The notes: generated by a model from the letters alone, not told the origin. DNA of 64,000 nucleotides from an uncultured Ruficoccus sp. (GCA_965140785.1 OZ223496.1:32001-96000); one strand, 5' to 3'; shown: positions 30,685 through 41,206, counted from the stretch's first letter. Numbers and translations are program-made.

Positions 30685-33600
30685 CTATGGGTTCGTAATC
30701 GTCAGCTCGCGGGCACTCAGCAGCCTGACAGGCCCCAGCAAGCCAGCTGGTTGCAATGGACTTCGGGCAGACCAATGCTTCCAGGTTGTGAGTGTTTGCC
30801 GGTCTGTGGGGCGTTTTATAGATGGATTCGTGAGCCATTCCGGCCATTGTGTAATATCCTTGTCACGGTTGCGCGGAAGATCGTCCGGGTAGAGGCGCTC
30901 ATCGCCAATCATACGGTTCGGCAGCGTATTGGTTACGTCGACTTCCAGCTCATTCAGGCCGGGCCTTGCAAAATCTGTGATATCCAAACGATACGGAGGC
31001 ATCCACACGAGCCCGGCGTCCTGGCCGTTGACGCGTACTCTGCCCATCACTGCGAGGTCGCCCAAATCCAGCCACAGCCGCTGACCCGGCGCCAGTCTTT
31101 CGGCGGGAATTTCTATGTTGGCTTGATAGGTAGCCGTCCCCGAGAAATACCGAACCGCATCATCCGGATGGTCGGATAGGGAAATCAGTTGGTCCAACTC
31201 AATGCTATGCGCATCGTCTTCATGGGTGGGTAAGATAACTGTCCAGCCTCCTTCATGGCTGATGGGCTCGGGAACGCGGATATCTGCGACGCGCACTTCG
31301 TCACTGCCCAAGAATTGCAGCTGGTACTTTCCCGATTGGAAGAGCGTCGCGAGCGCATTGCCGTCGACCGCACGCTCAAGACTGAACGGTGGCAAGTCAA
31401 AGCCTGTCGTGACAGATGGACCATCAGCCAGTTGCAATGGCCCCCCAACGAGACCGAAGGTTTCAAGAACCGGAGCCGAAACCTCGGCCTCGGTCTGAGG
31501 ACGGAAAACAATGAAAGTGGATTCCCCCGGCCCAAGCGAAAGTGGCAAATGCGTCACTCCGCCAGCACTATGATACTGAACCAACTTGACTCGCTCCCCA
31601 GTGACCGGATTCCATTGCTCCGGAGTACCATTGGCCCGAAAGCCAACCTGCGCCGTCAGTTCCTGGTCGGCTGTATTCGCCAGGAAATAAACGTCCAGTC
31701 CGGGCTCCTCAACGAATACATGCCGCCAGAGCACTCTGCGCGCATCCTTCAGCCCTTCGGCTTCGATCTGGAAATCAGGAACCACGCCCTCATCCTCAAG
31801 GATTTTTGCCATGTTATCCGCCACGGTCACAGGCGCATTCACCGATTGATCCTCCAGCAGGTAGACGCGCCCCTTTCCATAGTGATGCGGTTTTTCCAGA
31901 GTAGCCTCTCCCCACAATTCTTTTGCCATTTCGGCGACGCGTTCGTTGGCCGCGGGGCCTCCGCTGAGGCTCGGCGTCGCCAGAGGTGGAACTCCCATAA
32001 TAGTAGCCCCATCGCGAACCAACGCCGCCAGTTTATCGAGTACTTCAGGCCGCATACTGAGATCCGGAGCTATATAGAGAACGCGGAACCGCTGACCACT
32101 CTTGGGCATCACCATGTAGCCTTCTTCATCCACCTCCACGTGATTGAGCAAACCATCGCTATTGAGGAAGCTGAAATCGTAGCCTTCAGGGAAACGGCTC
32201 GTATGCACGCTCTGCCAGCGGGAAAAATCCGGTGGGGCATCATCGCCCAGGTAGTGCAAAACGTCCTGGATGGGCGTACCTTCGCGCAATAGATTTTGGG
32301 AGCGCGTCAGATAGTCCGTCCAGGCTCGCGCTTCATGCCACCAGGCCCGGGTCCGCTCAAAGTGCATACCCCAGTACTCCAGGGTCAGCCCCGGGGTGAC
32401 CTCGGGAAATGGTTGCATGACATAGACGTGATGCATGGTACGGGTGATCCCTGCGGCTATCTCCAGGTCTCCCACGGGCTTAATTCCGTAAGGGTGGGAA
32501 AGCCAGTTGGCCCCGTCCCGCTTCCCGGTGAACGATTCGGAAGCCGAAATAGGCTGGCCATAAATGGCGGCAGCGGCGGCGGCAACTTTGGTGCGGTAAA
32601 AGCGCAACTCCGGCTGAGACATTTGCGTGCCCTCTTCTTCGCGCAGAACCGTATTGGCAGCCGCGATGTCGGCATTTCCCATGGCACGCAAATTATCCAC
32701 CCAGGCTTTAAGCGATTGGGCCGAAAGGGAAATCCCGTATTTATTGCAAACATCCCGGAGACCCCCATAAAAATTCTCTGTCACCAAGTCGGAGATGGTC
32801 AGGCGCACATCCCAGAGAAAGCGTTCGGTCTCCGCCGGGCTGCCCACAATATAGCCGACCATGGCGGGAAGGTAGCTCTGCGGATCGTACCCCCGCCGCT
32901 GCTCGAAGATACTCTCGAAGCCCTCAGTCCAGTTCTGGCTCCCCGCTTCCCAACTGTCGGCATGAGCACCGACCAAGGTCGTGCCCGCCAAAGGCCCGGC
33001 CTGCTCGATAATCTTGCCCAGCATGCCGTTTTCAACGTGATGCCGCACGGCTTCGCGGTTGAATTTATCCACTTCCAGACCTGTACCGGCGACGCTGCCC
33101 GGGCGGTTGGTAGCCTCAGTCGTGGTGAAACCGAGGCGCAAGATTGTCCAGTTCCCCGGTGGTACTTCCCAGCGCAGGCGCCCTTCCCGGGTCATATGGC
33201 TGCTGATGTCCACGACCTGCCCGGGCTCGATGGCATCGGCGTCACTGAAATCGGAAAAGGGCTTCATGGACCACTCGCGATCAACGATCCATTGCGGCAA
33301 CATGTGCGCGGCCTTCAGGTTCCAATCGGGCAGGCGCGGTTCGGGCCCCAGCGTGATTTCGGCGATAGAGAGTTCGCCGCGGGGATTGCTCAATTCCACC
33401 CGGAAATATTTAGCCGTGACCGGCGCAAAAGTCAGGGCAACCGGCTTGAGTGTATTCGGAGGGCTCCAACGGATGCGCCGGGGATACGTCGCAACCGGTC
33501 GATAGTCCACCCCGTCATCAGAAGCCAGCACCCGCCATTTGGGTTGCGTTATACCGCGAAACATCACGGTCGCATTCCGGGCGGTAAATGGCTCCTCAAA

Positions 33601-34296
33601 CTCGAGGTCGAAATTAACCGTTTTCTTGCCATTACCATCTACAGGCAGCTCCGTGGCCCAATCATTATCAACCAACAACTCGAGATCGCTTCCATCCGGA
33701 ACCGGCGCGCTACGGACCCGGCAAGCCACGTCAGACATGGCCTTGCCCGGTTCGCCGGGAGTCGGAAACGCCAGCAAAGCGATATCCTCGTAATAACCCA
33801 TCGCCGCGTAGGGGCGCTGAAACTCAACATCAATGGCTCCCGGGCCTCTGACCTGAGTCGTGGTCCAGGAAAGCCGCTTCATGCTTTGGGCGGGCTCGAT
33901 CCACGGCCCCCCGGCTTCAGACCAGCCTTCGCTATTGAGCAAGCTTATCTGAATACCCAGTTCGGCAGCCTTCCTCAAGGCGTACTGCATCATATCCAGG
34001 TATTCCGGTGACATGAAAGCAACCGGCCCCGCGGGAATTTGATCATGCGGATTTACATGCCCAATGACGGCGCCGCCAATGCCAGCCTCAGCCATTGCCT
34101 GCAAATCCGCGTCAATGCCCACCCGCGTTATATTGCCGTTCATCCAGTACCAGATGACCCATGGGCGCTCCTCAGATTCCGCACGAGAAAAGGAGGCTTC
34201 AACACGCGACTCGCCGTGGCAAAGCGGAAGCGTCGCAAATAAAAGCTCACAAGTAAGTGCGCACATTCTCCGGGAGAAAGCTCTTGGGTAAGGCAT
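30685..34296 (-). CDS. Glycoside hydrolase family 106 (alpha-L-rhamnosidase-like)
   Basis: RPWVIWYWMNGNIT..DLQAMAEAGIGG, GLEVDKF, DSWEAG, C-terminal LDLGDL..PPYRLDIT..GLLGPV. Confidence 0.88.
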   Translation of the reverse strand: MPYPRAFSRRMCALTCELLFATLPLCHGESRVEASFSRAESEERPWVIWYWMNGNITRVGIDADLQAMAEAGIGGAVIGHVNPHDQIPAGPVAFMSPEYLDMMQYALRKAAELGIQISLLNSEGWSEAGGPWIEPAQSMKRLSWTTTQVRGPGAIDVEFQRPYAAMGYYEDIALLAFPTPGEPGKAMSDVACRVRSAPVPDGSDLELLVDNDWATELPVDGNGKKTVNFDLEFEEPFTARNATVMFRGITQPKWRVLASDDGVDYRPVATYPRRIRWSPPNTLKPVALTFAPVTAKYFRVELSNPRGELSIAEITLGPEPRLPDWNLKAAHMLPQWIVDREWSMKPFSDFSDADAIEPGQVVDISSHMTREGRLRWEVPPGNWTILRLGFTTTEATNRPGSVAGTGLEVDKFNREAVRHHVENGMLGKIIEQAGPLAGTTLVGAHADSWEAGSQNWTEGFESIFEQRRGYDPQSYLPAMVGYIVGSPAETERFLWDVRLTISDLVTENFYGGLRDVCNKYGISLSAQSLKAWVDNLRAMGNADIAAANTVLREEEGTQMSQPELRFYRTKVAAAAAAIYGQPISASESFTGKRDGANWLSHPYGIKPVGDLEIAAGITRTMHHVYVMQPFPEVTPGLTLEYWGMHFERTRAWWHEARAWTDYLTRSQNLLREGTPIQDVLHYLGDDAPPDFSRWQSVHTSRFPEGYDFSFLNSDGLLNHVEVDEEGYMVMPKSGQRFRVLYIAPDLSMRPEVLDKLAALVRDGATIMGVPPLATPSLSGGPAANERVAEMAKELWGEATLEKPHHYGKGRVYLLEDQSVNAPVTVADNMAKILEDEGVVPDFQIEAEGLKDARRVLWRHVFVEEPGLDVYFLANTADQELTAQVGFRANGTPEQWNPVTGERVKLVQYHSAGGVTHLPLSLGPGESTFIVFRPQTEAEVSAPVLETFGLVGGPLQLADGPSVTTGFDLPPFSLERAVDGNALATLFQSGKYQLQFLGSDEVRVADIRVPEPISHEGGWTVILPTHEDDAHSIELDQLISLSDHPDDAVRYFSGTATYQANIEIPAERLAPGQRLWLDLGDLAVMGRVRVNGQDAGLVWMPPYRLDITDFARPGLNELEVDVTNTLPNRMIGDERLYPDDLPRNRDKDITQWPEWLTNPSIKRPTDRQTLTTWKHWSARSPLQPAGLLGPVRLLSARELTITNP

Positions 34297-34319
34297 GGGG
34301 CGGGAGCTACTGCAAAAGG

Positions 34320-35720
34320 CTATGTCGCTTTTGTACCGGGCGGCAGTACCGGGCGTTTAAAATAGCGTTGGCTTTGATTCCACGCTTCGACATGCCCATA
34401 GCGCTCCAGTAATTCCGGCCAGGGCAACAAAGCATCGTATTCCTGCGCAAAGCGGCGGGTTTGCTCATGCAGTTGACTGCGCAGGGAGGCGTATTGTTTG
34501 TCCTCAATGAGGTTGTGCAACTGAAGAGGGTCGTTCTTGTTATCGAAGAGAAGCCAGGGGGTGCCATCGGCATGACAGGCATAGGTGTGCCCGTCCGTGC
34601 GCACGCCCCGCCAGGCATCGGTGCCCCGGTCCATCGACTGATGACAGGGCACAAGGTCAAAGATGTAGCAGGCTTCTTGTCCGCGAGTCTTTTCCCCACG
34701 GAATAAAGCCTGTAAATCATGACCATCCGGGGCAGAAAGGGGACACCCCAGCAACCCCATTAAACTAACCGGTAAATCAACCAGCCCGATCAGTTCCTCG
34801 CAGATGCCTGTCGAAATAACGCCGGGCAGGCGGGCCAGGAGAGGCACTCCGATAGATTCCTCGAAGGGCAGCTGTTTGTTGCTCCATCCCTGGCTGCCGA
34901 GCATGTCGCCATGGTCGCTGGTGTAGACAATCAGCGTATTGTCCAATTGCCCGGTTTCTTCAAGAGCCGCCAGCAAACGACCAAATTGCTCATCCAAAGC
35001 GGTGATGTGCGCGTAATAGCCTTTCAGCTTCTCTTCGACCTGCTCCCGCGTCCATTCCGGCTCCTCAAGTTTATCAATGATTCGCTCCGGGACATTATCA
35101 CGCAGCCCGACAGACCGGTTACGGTAGAGCTCAAGGTAGCGCTCGGGAACGTCGAAATACGGGTCGTGCGGAGGCCCCCAGGATAACCAGAGCCCCCAGG
35201 GCGCGGTGCCGTTTCTGCGGATGAAATCAACGGCCAGCGAAGTGTAGGTTTCCGCATCGTAGCCCGAGATATCATGACGTGTATTTTGTTCGTCATAATA
35301 ATAGGAGTCCAGGTAGCTGTGGTCGCAGTTACAGACTTTCCATTCCTTGAAGCCCAGACGTCGGCCTTCCTCAATTGCCTGATCGCGGGGTATGCCTCCC
35401 AGATGCCATTTGCCGATATAGCCCGTATGATACCCGGCTCGGTTCAACACGCAGGCTACACTTTCCAGGTCTGTGCGTACGGGCAGGTCATTGGTAATGG
35501 CTCCGTGGTTCAAGGCATATAATCCCGACATGAGCGTGCCCCGGGCGGGCACGCAGACCGGCGCATTCGATATACACTGCGAAAACTGCAAAGCATCGGT
35601 AGCAAAGCGATCCAAATGGGGAGAGATGACATCGGGATTTCCGTAACACCCCAGATCGCACCGGCGATGCTGGTCTGAAAATACGAAGAGAATGTTGTAG
35701 TCGGGGCGTGGCGTGCTCAT
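34320..35720 (-). CDS. Sulfatase (S1, Cys-type), no signal peptide
   Basis: NILFVFSDQHR, CVPARGTLMSG (CxPxR), GKWHL, PPHDP, YTSDHGD. Confidence 0.93.
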   Translation of the reverse strand: MSTPRPDYNILFVFSDQHRRCDLGCYGNPDVISPHLDRFATDALQFSQCISNAPVCVPARGTLMSGLYALNHGAITNDLPVRTDLESVACVLNRAGYHTGYIGKWHLGGIPRDQAIEEGRRLGFKEWKVCNCDHSYLDSYYYDEQNTRHDISGYDAETYTSLAVDFIRRNGTAPWGLWLSWGPPHDPYFDVPERYLELYRNRSVGLRDNVPERIIDKLEEPEWTREQVEEKLKGYYAHITALDEQFGRLLAALEETGQLDNTLIVYTSDHGDMLGSQGWSNKQLPFEESIGVPLLARLPGVISTGICEELIGLVDLPVSLMGLLGCPLSAPDGHDLQALFRGEKTRGQEACYIFDLVPCHQSMDRGTDAWRGVRTDGHTYACHADGTPWLLFDNKNDPLQLHNLIEDKQYASLRSQLHEQTRRFAQEYDALLPWPELLERYGHVEAWNQSQRYFKRPVLPPGTKAT

Positions 35721-35805
35721 ATTATTTCAAGTGCTGTGTCCTGGTTTATAGTTCGGTCTTCGAACAGACCAAGACAACGTAATGAAGCCTGAAAGCCGTA
35801 CATCC

Positions 35806-36801
35806 TCAGGCCATTTGCAGCGAGCTTTTATGGTTAACGGACCACTTAAGGGGCTTACCCTCGACATACCGCTCCGCCTCCTCTAACATGTATTGCCCAA
35901 GCCGGTGGCATTCCCGATGCCGGGCTCCGGCAATGTGCGGCGTGAGGATGATGTTCGGCACTCCGAACAGCGGTGAATCCGGTTTCGGAGGCTCTGGATC
36001 GACAACGTCCAAAACGGCGGTCAAATCGGGACGCTCCTTGAGCACCTCGATCATTTCGTTCTGCCGCACGACCCCTCCACGGGCCGTATTAATGAAGCTG
36101 GCCCTTTTCTTCATCATGCGGAAATGCTCCCCCCGGATCATCCCCTCGGTCTGGGGAAGCAGCGGAGTATGCAGGGAAACACAGTCGCAGTCCCGAAAGA
36201 TGTCCTCAATCGACGCGGGGCGCACGCCACACTCACTCTCAAGGTCGGGAAAGGGCTGAATATCGTAGGCCCAGATTTCCAGGTCGAAATGACGCAGGAG
36301 CCGGCAGACCCTTCTCCCGATCATGCCGAGAGAGACCAAGCCGACCTTGCTGCCGTAAGTGCCAATGCACGGTCGCTCCCCGCGCCACACAGCCACGTCC
36401 CCGCCCATACACTGGTTCGCCAGTTGCCAGCCGTTTTTCAGGCAGAAGAGGATCTGTGAGAGCGTATACTCCGTCACCGGGATAGCGTTGGCCGCATAGG
36501 CACTGGAAACCCCGATTCCCCGCTGCCAGGCGGCATCCGTCATCATATGCTTAACCGATCCGGCCGCGTGAAAAACATGCTTGAGCCGGGGAGCGGCCCG
36601 CAGGAATTCCTCGTCCAGCACAGGATAGCCCCAACTGGTAAAGAGGACATCGGCCTCGGCCAGAGAAGTCGCGCAGGTGCGCCACTCAGCTCCTTTGACG
36701 GGCTCACCGAGAATGTTCACACAATGGGCGATCGCCCTTCTTTCGTCCTCGCCATAGGCGGGGCCATTTACGTTGGTATCATAAAAAAACAGTCCGTTCA
36801 T
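35806..36801 (-). CDS. D-isomer-specific 2-hydroxyacid dehydrogenase (paralog of 25126-26124)
   Basis: Same motifs and long identical stretches (MMTDAAWQRGIGVSSAYAANAIPV). Confidence 0.92.
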   Translation of the reverse strand: MNGLFFYDTNVNGPAYGEDERRAIAHCVNILGEPVKGAEWRTCATSLAEADVLFTSWGYPVLDEEFLRAAPRLKHVFHAAGSVKHMMTDAAWQRGIGVSSAYAANAIPVTEYTLSQILFCLKNGWQLANQCMGGDVAVWRGERPCIGTYGSKVGLVSLGMIGRRVCRLLRHFDLEIWAYDIQPFPDLESECGVRPASIEDIFRDCDCVSLHTPLLPQTEGMIRGEHFRMMKKRASFINTARGGVVRQNEMIEVLKERPDLTAVLDVVDPEPPKPDSPLFGVPNIILTPHIAGARHRECHRLGQYMLEEAERYVEGKPLKWSVNHKSSLQMA

Positions 36802-36851
36802 ATGTGTTCTCTCCAAAAATCGATCCGCTCCGCCAAAAGCCAGAGGCGACT

Positions 36852-37614
36852 TTAATCTTCTCCCTGACCATCAATCGTCCAGTTCTCCTTACCGGGTACG
36901 GTCTCAGTCGTAAATGCCGACCCGTCGAAGCGCACAAAATTCGCCTGTCCGTTATAGGGCGCCCGCACTCTGACATTGGCATCCTCAATGTCTGTCCAGA
37001 ATTCGCCTGCATGGCTGTAAACCGCCGGCCCCAAGTGATAAGCGGTTCCTCCCGTGCCAAAGATAATCGCCTGGTTGTGTATGTCGCTCAACCGGGGGGT
37101 GAATCCCACCCCCGTTACTATCCGCCAGAATATCTCCGTTACCTTTTTCGGCGGGGCGTATGGCCCCGTTTGAGGTCTTTGTGCCGACGGCCACAATATT
37201 GATTCCGTAAGCGACTTTCTTGCGGCCAGTATTATCATAGTAATCATAGCCGCCACCGGGGGAAAAAACCGTGCTCTCGGGGATTTCGGGATAGTCCAAA
37301 TAGACGGAATACTCATCTCCCGGGAACGAGAAGTTGAATTGATCGGCTAACCAACCGGGCCAGTGCCGCCTGTACGCTTCCGGACTTGGCATGCGCCCCA
37401 TGATCACGTAGCCACCGTTTTCATTGGAAGCCATAATCCAGGCACCGTGAAGCTGACGCAAGTGGGCGACATCACGCGAGGAGGCGGCCCGGACGCGTAT
37501 GGAAGATACGGTCGGGATGATAATGGCAGCCAGCACAGCAATGACGGCGATGACAACGAGTAATTCGACAAGACTGAATCCGGCATTGTCGGGGAGTATT
37601 CTTTTCTCGCGCAT
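36852..37614 (-). CDS. Prepilin-type N-terminal cleavage/methylation protein, +1 frameshift in a C6 run near 37095
   Basis: G|FSLVELLVVIAVIAVLAAIIIP; the C-terminus YNGQANFVRFDG lies in the adjacent frame and is homologous to 26260-26985. Confidence 0.85.
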
Positions 37615-37638
37615 GAAGGGAGGGGTTGGGGGGTGGTA

Positions 37639-38913
37639 TCAGGGAGATATTCCGTGGGTCAGCACGGGCCAGCCAATCGCCTCGCTCGTGCTTTGATTAC
37701 CACGGTCAATAGTTGAGATCAGCCGGTGCAGGCTGTCGTTCTCGGGGTAACGGGCATAGGCCAGTTCAAAAAAAGTAATCGAGTCCCCGGCCTTGCCCAA
37801 TCGCTCGCTTTCGCCAGTATAGAAACCGCCCTTAAGCGTGCTGTCTTTCAGGCGGTAGAAGTCGGACAGAAAGTCATAGGCAAGCTCCAGGTTTTCGCCT
37901 CCCGGAGCCGTGTAGGTATACATATCCAGCCCGTTCTGCCGGCAGATTTCGGCTGCCAGTGTCAACTGACGCAGCGTAAGGTGCGAGTACTGAAGCCCGC
38001 GGTCGGGCTTGGTCACGTTGTCTTTGTAGTGTCCGCCCAGGGCGAAATGCCGGTAGCGGTCGTAGATCTCGCCCGTGTGCACCGGGAACTCGCCCGGTTC
38101 GCCTCCATAGGGGCTGTCCCCGGACATGAGAATCGCCCCAGTAATCATTTCCCGGAAATCACGCGGATTTAGCGGGCAGTCGAGCGCGTACTGCGCCAGT
38201 TCCTGATCTCCGGTCGCATAAGCAATCGCCAACAGGCCGAGCACTTCGGAGGCAATGTGGTTCTGGTAATACTGCTGGCCAAAAAAGTCGTTATCCACCC
38301 AGCGTTGCGTTCCTTCCTTGATCCGCTCCACCAGCACCCCAAACCACTCCTGCACCTGCGCTTTGTCGGCCTCGGTCATGCCCGGATAATCGTGCAACAG
38401 GTCGTAAGTCCACACCAGTGGCAGCGTCCCGCGAGCAACCAGCATGCCCATGTTAGGATAGCGGATTTCCTCGTCGAAATACGATCCGGGCCGGGGCTTC
38501 GCCGAGGCCCACTCCATTAATATCGCCACGGCCTTGTCCGCGTAGGCTTTATTACCCGAGATCGCATAAGCGAGGCTCAAATCCCGGGCACGCCACCCTG
38601 CCGCCTGAACGCGTTTATAAAAGACAAAGGGGTCCTCACCCTGATAGGGCTTGGGTACGGGGGCTTTGAGGGCGGCCTCGGCACTCGCCCGCAGGCGTTC
38701 CCAGGCCCGGGCAAAAGGCTCGCGCCCGCTAAGAGCCCGGCCCCGCATATCCGCGAGCCCCTCCTGATCGATAAAGAGTCGCGGGTGGGGCTTGTTCATG
38801 GATGGTGCCTGAAGGACAGGAGCAGCCCCCGAAGCGGCGGGCTGAACGCCACGGGCACCTCCCGCTCCAACGAGCGAAACGAACAGCACTGTAAAAATGA
38901 CCCTGAAGTACAT
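37639..38913 (-). CDS. Secreted alginate-lyase-domain protein (paralog of 29363-30655)
   Basis: HPRLF, YYQNHI, GEIYDRYRH, RGLQYSHL, YTAPGGENLEL. Confidence 0.7.
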   Translation of the reverse strand: MYFRVIFTVLFVSLVGAGGARGVQPAASGAAPVLQAPSMNKPHPRLFIDQEGLADMRGRALSGREPFARAWERLRASAEAALKAPVPKPYQGEDPFVFYKRVQAAGWRARDLSLAYAISGNKAYADKAVAILMEWASAKPRPGSYFDEEIRYPNMGMLVARGTLPLVWTYDLLHDYPGMTEADKAQVQEWFGVLVERIKEGTQRWVDNDFFGQQYYQNHIASEVLGLLAIAYATGDQELAQYALDCPLNPRDFREMITGAILMSGDSPYGGEPGEFPVHTGEIYDRYRHFALGGHYKDNVTKPDRGLQYSHLTLRQLTLAAEICRQNGLDMYTYTAPGGENLELAYDFLSDFYRLKDSTLKGGFYTGESERLGKAGDSITFFELAYARYPENDSLHRLISTIDRGNQSTSEAIGWPVLTHGISP

Positions 38914-38930
38914 GGGAAGACGGGGCGAGA

Positions 38931-40022
38931 TTACGGTTGTGAATCCACGCGCTGGTGCTCCCGCATAAGCGTTTCTCCGTAAATGACGCGAGGCTCGGAC
39001 TTGACTACACCGACGGACGATCCTGGCTCGTCAACGAGCGATCGGGCCAACTCCGGTGTAATGTCAGCCAGGGCTTCCATCGACTGGCAAATCGTGGTGA
39101 TGCGGGGCTGATGGTTAAGTGCTTCTGAGGCCCCGTCAAAACCCACCAAGCCGACATCTTCGGGGATACGCTTGCCCTTGTATGCGAGGATATCCGCAAC
39201 GAGCCCGGCCACTTGGTCGTTAAAGCAAAAATAATAATCGCAATCGGAGTGTTGGTCGATCTCGGCCACGATCTGGTCCACGCGGCTAAGCATATTCGCA
39301 GCATTGAGCTGTACGATCTGAATGTCGCCGAGCGATTTACCCGCCTCGATCCAGCGCTTCTTGAAGCCGAGGATACGCAGTTCAAACGAACTCCACAAGA
39401 CCCCGTCGTAAGCCCAGGTAATCAGCATCGGCCGTTTGTACCGGGACTTCAACATGAGCTCCGCAGCCAACTCGCCCCCACGAAAATAGTCACAGGTAAG
39501 TGTGTTCGGGTATGCCTGCCCCGGGTGGGTCTGCACGGCAATGGTCCGTGTTAACTCGACCTCAGGGAAGCCCGACGGGATTCCCGCGTCACCCAGGACA
39601 ATCGCTACGTCGGTCTTGGAAGCCTTATCCAGGTCCATATTTCCAAGGGGCGCATGAGTAAGGAAAAGCTGGGTCGTATAGCCGCCCCCCGGGGCATTCA
39701 TAGCGAGCTGGCAGTAATAGCGCTCCATCAGGGGCTTCATTACATAGCTATCTCCCTCCGCAAACACCGAAAAGTGTAGCGGCCGACGGCTGCCCTTTTT
39801 CAGGCAGTGCTCCGAAAAACGATAACGGCCATTCGTAAGAGTCTCGACCGAGCCATCCTCACGCAGGCTGTGCAGGGCGCGCCAGACCGTATCGCGACTG
39901 ACGCCGATTTTCTCAGACAAATGGCGAATGGCAGGAAGCCTATCCTCGACGCCAGAACCCACCTCCCGGGAGAGATCCAGGATACGCTCCTTAGCCGTTT
40001 CTAACGCTGATACAAATGCCAT
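38931..40022 (-). CDS. GntR-HTH / LacI-type sensor transcriptional regulator
   Basis: RLPAIRHLSEKIGVSRDTVWRAL (GntR HTH); FCFNDQVA..RIPEDVGLVGFDG..ITTICQ (LacI sensor). Confidence 0.88.
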   Translation of the reverse strand: MAFVSALETAKERILDLSREVGSGVEDRLPAIRHLSEKIGVSRDTVWRALHSLREDGSVETLTNGRYRFSEHCLKKGSRRPLHFSVFAEGDSYVMKPLMERYYCQLAMNAPGGGYTTQLFLTHAPLGNMDLDKASKTDVAIVLGDAGIPSGFPEVELTRTIAVQTHPGQAYPNTLTCDYFRGGELAAELMLKSRYKRPMLITWAYDGVLWSSFELRILGFKKRWIEAGKSLGDIQIVQLNAANMLSRVDQIVAEIDQHSDCDYYFCFNDQVAGLVADILAYKGKRIPEDVGLVGFDGASEALNHQPRITTICQSMEALADITPELARSLVDEPGSSVGVVKSEPRVIYGETLMREHQRVDSQP

Positions 40023-40156
40023 GTCCGTTTTGTCAGATTTCTGTCAGAGGAATAAACACCGATTATATCTATATGTAAAGGTAATTTTCAGTAATATCAT
40101 CCTTGAAATATAAAACAAATAAGACAAAGATCAGACATAACAGACAACTGCTGACA
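40022..40156. promoter_or_regulatory. Helically phased (A/T)GACA arrays in the divergent promoter
   Basis: TGTC at 40022/40031/40042 and the inverse WGACA at 40122/40133/40142/40152. Confidence 0.55.
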
Positions 40157-40273
40157 AACAATTTTGACCCAAACTATTTTACCCCAACAGTTACGTTTTC
40201 TGATTTCCCCTACCCCTCTTGGTAACCGATCAGCCCCTGCCAACTTCCTCATAACCCCTGACTAAACACAGCT

Positions 40274-41051
40274 ATGAAAAGCAAAAATCTCGTCTCACGT
40301 GCAGTAACCCTGGGAGCCTTCAGCATCGCCACGCTCTGCGCCACCTCTCTCTCGGCAGCAACCTTCAGCGATGACTTCAACCGGACCGATACCGCATGGA
40401 CCCAAGACGGTTCGATTATCGGAACCGACTGGGTGATCGGTAACGGAACCAATTGGAGAATCGTTAACAACGAGCTCGAATCCGAACCTTACACAGCGGG
40501 CAAACAGGTCATCTGGAATACAGCCGTTTCCTTCGCCCCCGGCGACACCACGCTGAACTTCTCCGGAACTCTCACCTCACATAATGGCGGTTGGAACGGA
40601 ATTGTGTTTAATCTCCAGGACGACGGAAACTATTACACAGTCCGGCTGAATGGCGGTGGCAACAGCAACGACTTCCAATTTCTCGTCTTTGGAGACGGCG
40701 GTCTCAAAACACAAATCGATCCGGAAAGCGGCAGTAAAACAGCAAGCGCCTACTTTAACCAAAGCGTTCCCTACACGGTCACAGTCACCCTCGTTTCCCA
40801 AAACCTTTACGGCGTTTCGATCAGCGGCAGCAATATTGACGACATCTATCGTGAATACGACGTCAGCTCTTACGCCTCGTACCTGTACTCCTCCGGCTAT
40901 ACGGGCTTCTACTCCAGCTCGGTTGGTACCCTCTACGACGATTACTCCATGACCACCAACGCCCCGGAGTCTTCCACCACCGCATTACTGATGGGGCTAC
41001 TGGTTCTTTCCAGCATTCTGGGCACCCGCCCGCCTGAAACAGCGCGGCTAA
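40274..41051 (+). CDS. PEP-CTERM surface protein (lectin/LamG-like body), +1 frameshift in the tail
   Basis: Signal peptide, FSDDFNR, APES + TM; removing one C near 41029 restores the basic tail GTRRLKQRG*. Confidence 0.8.
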
Positions 41052-41105
41052 ATGGCCAAGCATGCGAAATACGCTGATGGCTAAAGCCGTTAAGGCTCGC
41101 CCGGG

Positions 41106-41206
41106 TTATTGTTTGAGCTTGAGAAAGCGGACGTGCCAGAATTTTCCGTCCTGCGTCGGATAGACGATCAGAAACAACGGACGCGGGTTGCGGTACGCCA
41201 GGCGTG
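41106..41206 (-). pseudogene. C-terminal stub of a gene truncated by IS copy 2
   Basis: RLAYRNPRPLFLIVYPTQDGKFWHVRFLKLKQ* resembles the C-terminus of 61708-62496. Confidence 0.45.
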
